Source of the DNA: Eledone cirrhosa
Taxonomy: Eukaryota
DNA: 64,000 nt
Reading direction: 5' to 3'
Assembly (NCBI GenBank): GCA_964016885.1
Contig: OZ024765.1
Span: 15,376,001 to 15,440,000 of the forward strand
Below are positions 13,740 through 30,057 of this stretch, in pieces. A program made the position numbers and the translations under genes. Under the pieces are notes generated by a model, which saw only the letters and a program-made list of their open reading frames with translations, was not told where the DNA came from and did no database searches. Position 1 is the stretch's first letter. Each line of letters starts with the position of its first letter.

Positions 13740-14972
13740 GGGCAGGGATTGGCAGTATCGGTAGAGGGTCGGACGCCATGCTTTCTAGCATAGAGTTACG
13801 TCCCTTGCCATTCTGAGTTCAAATCCGGCCAAGGTTAAATTTGCCTTTCATCCTCATGGGGTCGATGAAATAAAGTACCAGTAATGCACTGGTTATTTGC
13901 TGGCCTTGTGCCAAAAGTAGAAACAGTTATTGCCTTTATTATTGTTATGCGGCCCTTGCCTTTCTGAGTTCAAATCCAGCCAAGGTTAACTTTGCATTTC
14001 ATCCTTACGGAGCCGAGAAAAAATAGTACCAGTAACGTACTGGAGTCGGTTTAATCGACTTTCCCTTCCTCCCAAATTACTGGTCTTGTGCCTATACTAG
14101 AAAACATTATTAGTCGGACGCCATGCTTTGACGCATAGAGTTACAGCCCTTGCCATTCTGCGTTCACATCCCGCCGAGGTTAACTTTGCCTTTCATCCTT
14201 TCGGGGTCGATAAAATAAAGTACCAGTAATGCACTGATTAATTTGCTGGCCTTGTGCCAAAAGTAGAAACAATTATTATTATTATTGGCAATATCGTTAG
14301 AGGGTTGTACGCCATGTTTCTAGCATAGTTACGTCCGTACCGGGTCGATAAAATAAAGTACCAGTAATGTACTGGTTTAATTGCCGACCTTGTGCCAAAA
14401 GTAGAAATAATAATTGTTTCTACTTTTGGCACAAGGCCAGCAAGTACCCATGTATTACTGGTACTGTATTTTATCGACCCTGTAAAGATGAAAGCCAAAG
14501 TTTAACCTCGGCGGGAATTGAACTCAGATCATAAAGGGAGGTAACTCTATGCTGTAAAGCATGGCGTCCGACCCTCTAGCGATACTGCGAATCCACAAAA
14601 GTAGAAATAATAATTATTATTATTAGTATCGGTAGAGGGTCGGACGCCATGCTTTCCAGCATAGTTACGTCCCTTTACGATCTGAGTTCAAATCCCGCCA
14701 AGGTTGACTTTGCCTTTCATCCTTACGGGGTCGATAAAATAAAGTACCAGTAATGCACTGTGTAATTGCTGGCCTTGTGCCTAAAGTAGAAACAATTATT
14801 ATTATAATGTGGTAGATAGGCAGTATCGGTAGAGGGTCGGATGCTATGCTTTGCAGCATAGCGTTATGGCCGAGATTAGCTTTGCCTTTCATCCTTTCGG
14901 GGTTGATAAAATAAAGTACCAGTAATGCACTGGGGTAATTGCTGGCCCTGTGCCAAAAGTAGAAACAATTCT
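13740..14972. mobile_element. Cluster of ~7 tRNA-derived SINE copies (six on +, one on - at ~14415-14600)
   Basis: Repeated GGCAGTATCGGTAGAG...GAGTTCAAATCCCGCCGAGGTTAACTTTGCCTTTCATCC..GGGGTCGATAAAATAAAGTACCAG...GGCCTTGTGCCAAAAGTAGAAAC with an (ATT)n tail. The central core resembles the Meta-SINE domain. Confidence 0.92.
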
Positions 14973-15081
14973 TTTATTGTTAGTGTTTATATAAATGTGT
15001 GTCAGATCTTTCCGACATTGTGTGTGTATGGTACGTGTGACTGATATGGTTTATGTATGCGTGTGGTGTGTGTGTGTGTGT

Positions 15082-15136
<55 letters not shown>

Positions 15137-15439
15137 CTGTTATGCAATGTATGCAAGGCATACGTCGAATGGTTCCTTTATTCGTGAAATATGTGCAGAT
15201 GTGATAATGGATGTGCAGGTGTGGATACTGGGTTTCTTTTGTATGCGTATGTGTGTGTCTGTATGTATTTGGTTGATGTATATGTGTGTGTGGTTGTGTT
15301 AGTATATGTGTGGAAAGTGTTTGTGCTGTGTGTATCTATATGCGTGCGCGTGTGTGAAGGAATTAATGTGTGTGAGTGAACGAAAAGTGTGTATGTATCT
15401 GTGTCGGCATATATGTCTGTATGCTGTATGTCTATATAT

Positions 15440-15548
15440 ATATAACGAAGGAAACGTGGTAAGGAACCAGGTGGACCATAACGCACATTTTTAGTCCAGA
15501 ATTAGCCGTCGAAACGGCTTGAGCTCAGCCGTCGGGGTCCTACTCTTT

Positions 15549-15552
<4 letters not shown>
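15440..15552 (-). mobile_element. Collapsed copy of fold-back family F
   Basis: 15446-15487 is the reverse complement of the tail at 29403-29446; 15490-15552 matches one arm of the 29174-29368 palindrome. Confidence 0.8.
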
Positions 15553-15602
<50 letters not shown>

Positions 15603-15618
15603 TATATATATCTGTGTG

Positions 15619-15652
<34 letters not shown>

Positions 15653-15708
15653 AAGGAAGTAATATGTGAGTGAACGAACAGTGTGTCGGCATATATGTGT
15701 GAATGGTG

Positions 15709-15759
<51 letters not shown>

Positions 15760-15959
15760 GTGTGTGTGTGTGAAATGTGTGTGTATATCGCACTATATGT
15801 GTGTATGAATTCCAGGAATAATTGTTTTTAAAATATGCACGGTCAGGTAGAATAAAAAAAAATTTGTTGGAATCTATATATAATCTTGTGAAACATTCCT
15901 CTTTCATTCCACATTTTGATAATATAAATATGTTTGTTCTTAGAGGCAGGGTCAAGTGT

Positions 15960-16490
15960 GCCGGTTGTTGGGTCGTGTGGGGGTTAGTTGTGGTGGTCTG
16001 GTGCAGTTGTGGGGTTGTGAGGGAATGTCTGAGTTGGTGGTGGAGGTTGTGTGGTCGTGTGGGGGTCAGGTGTGGTGGTCTGGAGCAGTTGTGGGGTTTT
16101 TGAGGGAATGGCTGAGTTGGTGGTGGAGGTTGTGTGGTCGTGTGGGGGTTAGGTGTGGTGGTCTGGAGCAGTTGTGGGGTTGTGAGGGAATGTCTGAGTT
16201 CGTGGTGGAGGTTGTGTGGTCGTGTGGGGGTCAGGTGTGGGGGTCAGGTGTGGTGGTCTGGAACAGTTGTGGGCTTGTGATGCAATGTCTGAGTTGGTGG
16301 TGGAGGTTGTGTAGTCGTGTGGGGGTTAGGTGTGGGGGTCAGGTGTGGTGGTCTGGAGCAGTTGTGGGGTTTTTGAGGGAATGGCTGAGTTGGTGGTGGA
16401 GGTTGTGTGGTCGTGTGGGGGTCAGGTGTGGTGGTCTGGAGCAGTTGTGGGGTTGTGAGGGAATATTTGAGTTGGTGGTGGAGGTTTTGA
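15960..16490. repeat. ~82-bp GT-rich minisatellite (~6 units)
   Basis: GAGTTGGTGGTGGAGGTTGTGTGGTCGTGTGGGGGTCAGG... recurs at 16031, 16114, 16196 and onward. Confidence 0.9.
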
Positions 16491-16529
16491 CATTGTTGGA
16501 AATTGTGATTGAGGTGTTGGGTGTGTTTT

Positions 16530-17150
16530 GGAGGTGGAGGTTGTGATGGGGTGGAGGTTGTTATGGAGGTGGAGGTTGTGATGGGGGTGAAAGTTGAGGT
16601 GAAGGTTGTGATGGAGGTGGAGTTTGTGATGGAGGTGGGGGCTGTGATGGAGTTGGAGCTTGTGATGGTGTGTAGGTTTTAATGGAGGTGGAGGTTGTGA
16701 CGTCGTTGGATGTTGTAATGGAGGTGGAGGTTGTGATGGGGTGAAAGTTGTGATGGGGGTGGAGATTGTGATGGGGTGGTGGTTGTTATATGATTTGGAA
16801 GTTGTTATGGAGGTGGAGGTTGTGATGGAGGTGGAGGTTGTGATGGAGGTGGAGGCTGTGATGGAGGTGGAGGTTGTGATGGGGTGGTGGTTGTTATGGA
16901 GGTGGAGTTTGTGACGTCGTTGCAGGTTGTGATGGAGGTGGAGGTTGTGATGTGGGTGAAGGTTGTGATGGAGGTGGAGGTTGTGATTGAGGTGTTGGGT
17001 GTGTTATGGAGGTGGAGGTTGTGATGGAGTTGGAGGTTGTGATGGAGGTGGATGTTCTGATGGAGGTGGAGGTTGTTATGGGGGTGAAGGTTGTTATGGG
17101 GGTGAAGGTTGTAATGGAGGTGGAGGTTGTTATGGAGGTGGAGGTTGACA
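16530..17150. repeat. 18-bp degenerate minisatellite
   Basis: Unit GGAGGTGGAGGTTGTGAT. Confidence 0.9.
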
Positions 17151-17304
17151 GCGATGTGGTGGTTGTGACGTTGTTGGAGGTAGTGACGGTCGTAAAGATT
17201 GTGAGTGCCGTCGAAGGTATTATGGCCGTGAAAGATGTGGAGTTGTTGGAGCTTGTGGCGTCGGGTAGGTGCCGATATTTGGGGTGACAGTAACTGCTGT
17301 GGAA

Positions 17305-18190
17305 GGTTGTGATGGTGTGATGATTGCTATGGTTGTGATGGTGTGATGGTGTGATGATTGCTATGGTTGTGATGGTGTGATGGTGTGATGATTGCTATGG
17401 TTGTGATGGTGTGATGGTGTGATGATTGCTATGGTTGTGATGGTGTGATGGTGTGATGATTGCTATGGTTGTGATGGTGTGATGATTGCTATGGTCGTGA
17501 TGGCTGTAATGGTATGTTGCTTGCTATGGTTGTGATGGTGTGATGATTGCTATGGTAGTGATGGTTGTGATGGTATGTTGATTGCTATGGTTGTGATGGT
17601 GTGATGGTATGTTGATTGCTATGGTGGTGATGGTATTATGATTGCTATGGAAGTGATGGTTGTGATGGTATGTTGATTGCTATGGTTGTGATGGTTGTAA
17701 TGGTATGGTGCTTGCTATGGTTGTGATGGCATGATGATTGCCATGGTAGGGATGGTTGTAATGGTATGGTGAGTGCTATGGAAGTGATGGTTGTAATGGT
17801 ATGGTGCTTGCTATGGTTGTGATGGCATGATGATTGCCATGGTAGGGATGGTTGTAATGGTATGGTGACTGCTATGGTAGGGATGGTATGGTGAGTGCTA
17901 TGGTAGGGATGGTTGTGATGGTATGATGATTGCTATGGTAGTGATGGTATGGTGAGTGCCCTGGTATGGATGGTTGTGATGGTATGATGGTTGCTATGGT
18001 AGTGATGGTATGATGAGTGCTATGGTAGGGATGGTTGATATGGTAGTCATGGTATGGTGAGTGCTATGGTAGGGATGGTTGTGATGGTATGGTGAGTGCT
18101 ATGGTAGTGATGGTATGGTGAGTGCCCTGGTATGGATGGTTGTGATGGTATGATGGTTGCTATGGTAGTGATGGTTGTGATTGTGCTATG
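17305..18190. repeat. ~26-35-bp degenerate minisatellite
   Basis: Unit GTTGTGATGGTGTGATGATTGCTATG and variants. Confidence 0.9.
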
Positions 18191-18284
18191 GAAGTTGCCG
18201 TAGTTGCGACCATTGTGGATTCTTTGAAATAATTATCGGTTTTGAAATGTGGTAGCATGAACTTAAGGTGATAACAACAGTCTC

Positions 18285-21620
<3,336 letters not shown>

Positions 21621-21772
21621 GGGTATGTATGTATATATGTATATGATGTAGTATGTACACACACAGGTGTGAATGTGTATGCCAGTCAATGTAAATATAA
21701 CAGAGTGATAATTGGTTATTTTCGAGTAATACAGCCACTAAAATTACTGCTATATATGTGTGAACAAATACC

Positions 21773-21850
<78 letters not shown>

Positions 21851-21926
21851 TGGGTCGTCAAATATGGAATTTGTAGAAATTCGTAGAAAAAACAAACAAA
21901 TTTCTACACATTTCATACTTGACCCA
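21851..21926. mobile_element. Miniature inverted-repeat element (possible Tc1/mariner-type MITE)
   Basis: ~30-bp imperfect TIRs TGGGTC..AAATATGGAATTTGTAGAAATT and AATTTCTACACATTTCATACTTGACCCA, in TA-rich flanks. Confidence 0.55.
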
Positions 21927-21994
21927 TTATATATGTATGTGTGCGTGTGTGTCTCTGTGTGTATGAGAGTGTTTGTGCCAATGTATATATATAC

Positions 21995-22028
<34 letters not shown>

Positions 22029-22249
22029 TTAATTTACGTATTACCACTTTCGGTAGTTATTGATTTTAAAATAGGACGAAAAGCACAATTTTTAGAAAAT
22101 GGGGTTATTTAATTCTATTATATGCCTTATGTCATCTCCGACTCTTACCGAACTTTGAGGGTTAATATCACGCCCTCAAAATGTATATTGGCTCTTAGAG
22201 TGTATGGTATGTTAATATCATACCCACGTGTTAACTGTTGCCTGATACT

Positions 22250-22890
22250 GAACTTGAGAGTTAAATATCTCACCCAGAACAGAACAACGGGTTCTGATCT
22301 TTGATAGTATGATTACCTTTCTTATACAACATAGTTATCGGTTTTTATCATTTTTGATCGGGGAATTATCTCACCCACAACATAACAACTGGTTTCTGGT
22401 CTTCCAGGGTACGATAAAGTTTCCATTACAACCCTGCTATTGGTTGTTGTCATTTTTGTGAGCCGATTTTTCTCACCCACAACATAGACATGTGTTCTAA
22501 TCGTTCATGGTGGTTCCATAAAGTTTCTTTTAAAACACAGCTATTGGTTGCTATTATTTTTGATAGGGGAATTATCTCACCCATAAGAAAGCCTTTCACT
22601 GAAATCTTTCTTTGCAGGGAGATATCTCTCTCACAACAACATAACTATCGCTTCTAATCCTGTTGATAAATAAATATCTCACCTACAATATAATAGTGGG
22701 CTGTTATGCCTCAAGTTATGGAGGTATCTCTCTCACAACAGCATAACTATCGCCTGCTATCTTGTTGATAAATAAATATCTCATCTACAATATAACAGCG
22801 GGCTGATTATTCCTCAAAGTAGAGGAATATCTCACAGCAACATAACTATCGGCTGTTATCTTGTTGACATAGAAATATCTCACCCACACG
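22250..22890. repeat. Degenerate ~52-65-bp tandem repeat
   Basis: Recurring ATATCTCACCCACAACATAACTATCG motif, about 11 times. Confidence 0.85.
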
Positions 22891-23160
22891 ACCACTTTCT
22901 CACCCACACTCCTCAAGACAGGGTTCACCCAGGTGAGTACTCGATGCTTAGATTCACTTCTGTGATGAGGTGGAGAGCTAAACAGAGTGTAAATTCTGTC
23001 ATTGCCACAGCAGAAGTCCGACGAGCTTTTGATTACAGAGTCGGGCCAAGATCAATTAAGATCGAACCTTGAGCTCATCAATAGCGAAAGGCGCGTCACA
23101 AATCAATAAACATGATGACGACATAACAAATCGTCCTTATATATATGTATATATATATAT

Positions 23161-23548
23161 ATATTAAAATACAAATATTAATAACATAGATGTTCTTTTG
23201 ATCAATTACATTTTGTTATACATATTTCAGAGGTACAACAGTACGTCCTCATCAGACAAAATATAATGATACATGACATACCCCGAGATGTTAAATGGTT
23301 AAAATTTAATCAAGCTTAACCATTTAACATCTCAGGGGATGTCATGTATCATTATATTTTGTCTGATGAGGACGTACTGTTGTACATCCGAAATATGTAT
23401 AACAAAATGTAATTGATCAAAAGAACATCTATTTTATTAATATTTGTATTTTAATATTAATAACTCAGGAAAATATATCTTGTAGAGTGCTTCCAATCTA
23501 CTGTAAAACTTATTCTTTGATGTACTCATTGAATCTTGTTTAACTCTT

Positions 23549-23550
<2 letters not shown>
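23161..23550 (+). mobile_element. Fold-back hammerhead insert, family B, complete copy
   Basis: ~140-bp arms at 23161-23302 and 23316-23457, a ~90-bp tail, and (TA)n on both sides. Confidence 0.88.
23356..23408 (+). ncRNA. Type I minimal hammerhead ribozyme (mirror copy on the minus strand at 23210-23261)
   Basis: Stem I ATTTTGT/ACAAAAT; CTGATGA at 23363-23369; stem II GGACGTAC-tgtt-GTACATCC; GAAA at 23390-23393; stem III T-atgt-A; AUA cleavage triplet. Confidence 0.85.
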
Positions 23551-23611
<61 letters not shown>

Positions 23612-23929
23612 GGGGGGGGGAGTGGGGACGTGATCGTGGATGGTAGTCCTGATTGAATTGGAGCTATAATTTATAATTCATACATATGTGAAAACCATTG
23701 AATCAGTGGAGATTTTAAACAATAAAAACAGCAGGAGCATAAAACACACACACATACGCACATACACACACACACACACACACTCGCGCACACACACATA
23801 CACACATATATGACAAGACTAGACTAAAAGGAGTTAATTAAAAAAAAATCAATTTGAAGCACCAAACATATCGGAAAACTCTTCTCATACACATGCATTG
23901 GTTCGCTGTGGAAAAGAAGAGCAATAATA

Positions 23930-24660
23930 ATAATTGTTTCTACATTTGGTACAAGGCCAGTAATTACCCCAGTGTATTACTGGTACTTTATTTTATCAAC
24001 CACGTAAGGATGAAAAGTAAAGTTAACCTCGGCGGGATTTGAACTCAGAATAGCAACGGCTGTAACTCTAAGCGTCAAAGCATGGCGTCCGAGCCTCTAC
24101 CGATACTGCCAAAGGATTTCATTTATTGGCCACAGGGGCCGATATGTAGGGGACAAAACAAACACATAGACAGTGGGGTTTTACAATAATAATAATTGTT
24201 TCTACATTAGGCACAAGGCCAGCAATCACACAGTGCATTACTGGTACTTTATTTTATCGACCCGGTAAGGATGAAAGGCAAAGTCAACCTCGGCGGGATT
24301 TGAACTCAGACTGTAAAGGGACGTAACTATGCTGGAAAGCATGGCGTCCGACCCTCTACCGATACTGCCAATCCACCGCCCTCAGTACAATAATAATAAT
24401 AACAATGATGATGATGATAATGATGATGATGAAAATAATAATGGTTCTACTATAGGCAAAAGGCCAGCAATTTTGAAGGGGGGCAAAGTCGGTTAAATCG
24501 ACGTCAGTACGCTAGTGGTACATTATTTTATCGACCCCGTAAGGATGATGAGCCAAGCTAACCTTGGCAGGATTTGAAATCAGATCATAAACGGCCATAA
24601 CTCCGTGCTGTAAAGCATGGCGTCCGATTCTTCGCCGATACTGTCGATACACCGCAAAGA
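23930..24660 (-). mobile_element. Three tRNA-derived SINE copies
   Basis: Reverse complements of the SINE consensus at ~23932-24112, 24192-24385 and 24441-24660. Confidence 0.9.
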
Positions 24661-24661
24661 A

Positions 24662-24705
<44 letters not shown>

Positions 24706-24846
24706 CAGCCGTGGTGATAATAGTATTTACAGACGCATAAATATCGCTCATGTATACTAAATATAGTGATAATTCATGTAAATTTCGACAACTGAATATA
24801 TCATATACATAGGTACATTAGTACTGACTAACTTACATACATACAA

Positions 24847-24883
<37 letters not shown>

Positions 24884-24927
24884 TATATATACATGTATAA
24901 GTGTGTATATATATATAGGTGTATATA

Positions 24928-25008
<81 letters not shown>

Positions 25009-25093
25009 ATATACTCTACACACGTACAGACGAAGCTGTATGTGTGTAGTATAAATGCATAAATGTATTTTTGAAGACGTACAAGTATATATG

Positions 25094-25205
<112 letters not shown>

Positions 25206-25290
25206 GTATATATATATGTATATATATATAAATATATATATATACGTATATGTATATATATATGTATATATATATATGTATATATATATG

Positions 25291-25321
<31 letters not shown>

Positions 25322-25498
25322 GTATATATATATGTATATATATATAAATATATATATATACGTATATGTATATATATATGTATATATATATATGTATATA
25401 TATATAAATATATATATATACGTATATGGATATGTATATATAAATATTTTGTATGTTTATATATATATTTATATATATGTATGTATATATATATATAC

Positions 25499-25530
<32 letters not shown>

Positions 25531-25547
25531 GTATACATATATATATA

Positions 25548-25632
<85 letters not shown>

Positions 25633-25640
25633 ATACATAT

Positions 25641-27791
25641 ATAACTTTGAATAACTTTGAAATGTTTTGGCCAGTATTGGCCCAGGCCATGTCTAACTTA
25701 ATAGCACCACCTGGCGAAGTCTTTCAATTCAGGATTTGGGCACCATGGCCCATTCGAGAAGAGAATTACTGTTTGCGGAGACATATCCGGGTGTGGGTGG
25801 TTTGTCCGGGATTACTTGGAGGAATTTGTCCAAAGACTTCTTGAATTTTGTGTGGTCAGTTTCTGTTTTGACGTGTCCTGGTGTGATGTTGAAGAGAGCA
25901 GGGCCGATTGAGGTGAAATAATTGTGCCGTATTGTTTTTATGAGTTGCGATTTAGATTTTTGAATGGGACGGATAGCACGGGGCCCAAGCCTTGGGTGTA
26001 TCTTGAAGGCGATGCCAACATCATTTGGGCAGTGATGATGGAACATTTTCCACATCATGCAGATAATATAACGCTCACGGCGACGTTGGAGTGAGTAAAG
26101 TTTCAGGTTTTCCAATCCACCCCAGTAGTCAAGGTCTGACATGCCATCTATCTTTTTCGTGATTGCCCTTTGAGGAGCTTCAAGTTTCATGATACTTTGT
26201 TTCGTGTGGGGAGACCACAGTGGACAACAGTATTCAAGGTGTGGTCGGGCGAAAGTAGAGAAGAGAAGGATAATGGTGCGGGAATCTCTCGACTGGAAGG
26301 TTCTGAGGATCCAGGAACACATTCTGCGGGCCATGTCAACTTTGCTGCTTATATGCGTGGTCCAGCTTATGTTGCTGTCCACGGTTACTCCCAAGTCTCT
26401 GATGTTGTTAGATGCCACGAGAGTTTCCCCGGAGGGAAGGGAGTACGGGAGTTTCAGAGCATCCTCTTTTCCAAAGTGGATCAGTTCGAATTTGTCTTCG
26501 TTCAGTAACATGTTGTTCTTTTCTGCCCATTGGGTAACAGCCAGTAGGTCTGACTGAAGGCTTATCCGGTCATCCACGCCATTGATGACCTTTTGGAGCT
26601 TGGAATCATGAGCGAAAATTTTAATGTTGCTGTGTTTGATGATGTCAGTGATGTCATTAATATAGATGATGAAGAGAAGTGGGCCCAACACAGTGCCTTG
26701 TGGGACTCCACTACTGACTTTGGCTGGGCTTGATTTGACTCCCTCAACTACAACATGTTGGGTTCTGTTTGACAGGAAGCTCTTGATCCACTGCAGCAGC
26801 TTTCCAGTGACACCAATATTGGACAGCTTTCTCAGTAGAATGTTATGATCAACCCTGTCAAAGGCCTTGCTGAAATCAAGGTAGATAACATCAGTGTTGG
26901 AACCCTCTCCCAAGGCTCTCAAAATGTCATCAAAGTGATGCAGTAGTTGCGTCAGGCAATCCCTTCCATTACGGAATCCATGCTGGTTGGAGTTCAGCAT
27001 ATTGTTACTCTCAAGGAAGTGGGTCATTCGCGATCTCACCACTCGCTCAAATACCTTAATGATATGAGAGGTGAGTGAGATTGGACGGTAATTCACGGCA
27101 AGGGATTTGTTTCCCTTTTTGAAAACTGGGACAACAGACTGGGATAGAAGGTTTTCTGGCACATATCCAGCATCCAGTGAGTTCCGCCACAGATTGGCAA
27201 GAGGAGAAGCAAGTTGGTGTTGACACGCCTTCAAGACACAAGCAGGGAACCTATCGGGACCTACTGCTGAATTATGCTTGATTTCCTTTATTGCCGCCAA
27301 GACATCAGGGGCGCCAAACGTTATGTCCGATAAGGTGTAATGGGGAGTAACATCGCCGATACAGCCCAGATCGGCCATATCAGGATTGCTGAAAACAGAG
27401 CAGTATTGTTTCTGCAGTATCTCACCCATGGTTTTAGCATTGTCTTGAAGAGTGCCATTTTCATCAATTAGAGGGCCAACAGTAGAGCCAGTGATTTTGT
27501 GTTTTTTTGCAAATGAAAAGAACACTTTGGGATTGAGTTTGATCTTCTCAATGGCCCAGGCCTCTTCAGCTCTTCTCTGATTGTTGATGAGGGACATTAT
27601 GTTGTTTTGGAGGTTATGTTTTTTAATCTCTAGTGATAAAATGGCAGTCAAGTTGATGTGTTGCTGCTGACAGTATTTCAGATTGTTGATTTTTTTGTTC
27701 GTTCTCTTAATTTTTCTGATGAGCGTTTTTCTATTTCTAGGGATTCTGCTCTTAGATTTGTTTATAGATTTGTTTATATTTGTTTAGATTT

Positions 27792-27795
<4 letters not shown>
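25641..27795 (-). mobile_element. 5'-truncated CR1-clade LINE inserted in (TA)n
   Basis: Long RT reading frame, short 3' UTR and a (TTCAAAGTTA) tail repeat; a tandem TAGATTTGTTTA duplication marks the 5' junction. Confidence 0.92.
25729..27762 (-). pseudogene. CR1-type ORF2 reverse transcriptase (endonuclease missing; catalytic DD mutated to HD)
   Basis: Motifs NYRPISLTS, QHGFR, YLDFSKAFDRVDH, SGVPQGTVLGPLLF, FAHD, DLGV and LEYCCPLWSP; the frame is open upstream of the 27651 track start to about 27762. Confidence 0.93.
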
Positions 27796-29173
<1,378 letters not shown>

Positions 29174-29175
<2 letters not shown>

Positions 29176-29450
29176 AGGAACCAGTAAAACCACGACGGCT
29201 GAGCTCAAGCCGTTTCGACGGCTTATTCTGGACTAAATGAAAATTTATCATGGTATTTAAATAGCCGAGAAGCTCGGCTATTTAAATACCAGGATAAATT
29301 TTCATTTAGGCCAGAATAAGCCGTCGAAACGGCTTGAGCTCAGCCGTCGTGGTCTTACTGGTTCCTATTACCCACTCTACTACCCTAAGTATTGAGTACT
29401 TTGGTGCGTTAAGGTCCACCTGGTTCCTTACCACATTTCCTTCGTTACAT
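29174..29450 (+). mobile_element. Fold-back insert, family F, carrying the 3' half of a hammerhead
   Basis: 96-bp arms at 29174-29269 and 29273-29368 (3 mismatches, 3-nt loop). The right arm has GAA-ACGGCT-tgagctc-AGCCGT-C (stem III plus GUC); the tail has TATTGAGTAC. Confidence 0.85.
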
Positions 29451-29455
29451 ATACA

Positions 29456-29560
<105 letters not shown>

Positions 29561-29612
29561 ATATATATATACGATATTAAACAAATGGAAACTATATTTA
29601 TAAAACCATATT

Positions 29613-29678
29613 TATTTCATTATATATATTTCGGGGATACCATATTAAAAATATGGCATGCCTTCTTCAGATAAAATA
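29613..29678 (-). ncRNA. Type I minimal hammerhead motif in a short insert (29572-29715)
   Basis: Minus strand: TATTTTAT-CTGAAGA-aggcATGCCATATT-ttt-AATATGGTATcccc-GAAA-TATATATA-ATGAAATA. Confidence 0.75.
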
Positions 29679-29715
29679 TAATATATAAGCAGTTTTATAA
29701 ATAATTTTGACGTAC

Positions 29716-29740
<25 letters not shown>

Positions 29741-29747
<7 letters not shown>

Positions 29748-30015
29748 TGCCCCCTCGTTATCGAGTATGGCCATTGCACGAGGAGAAAAAAAAAATAATA
29801 ATAATAAATAAATAAATAAATAAAAAGAAATATATATATATATATATATATATACATACACACTCACACACACACACACACACTCACACACACATATACA
29901 CACACACATACATTAATAACAATAATAATAATAATAATAATAACAAAAATAATAATAACGACAACAACAATAATAATATACATATATATATACACACACA
30001 CGCACACACATAAGC

Positions 30016-30057
<42 letters not shown>

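Noticed and set aside
16540-17300. Mucin-like Ser/Thr ORF on the minus strand or Glu/Val ORF on the plus strand
   Set aside because: It is explained by an 18-bp repeat with frame-breaking indels, and there is no start or domain context.
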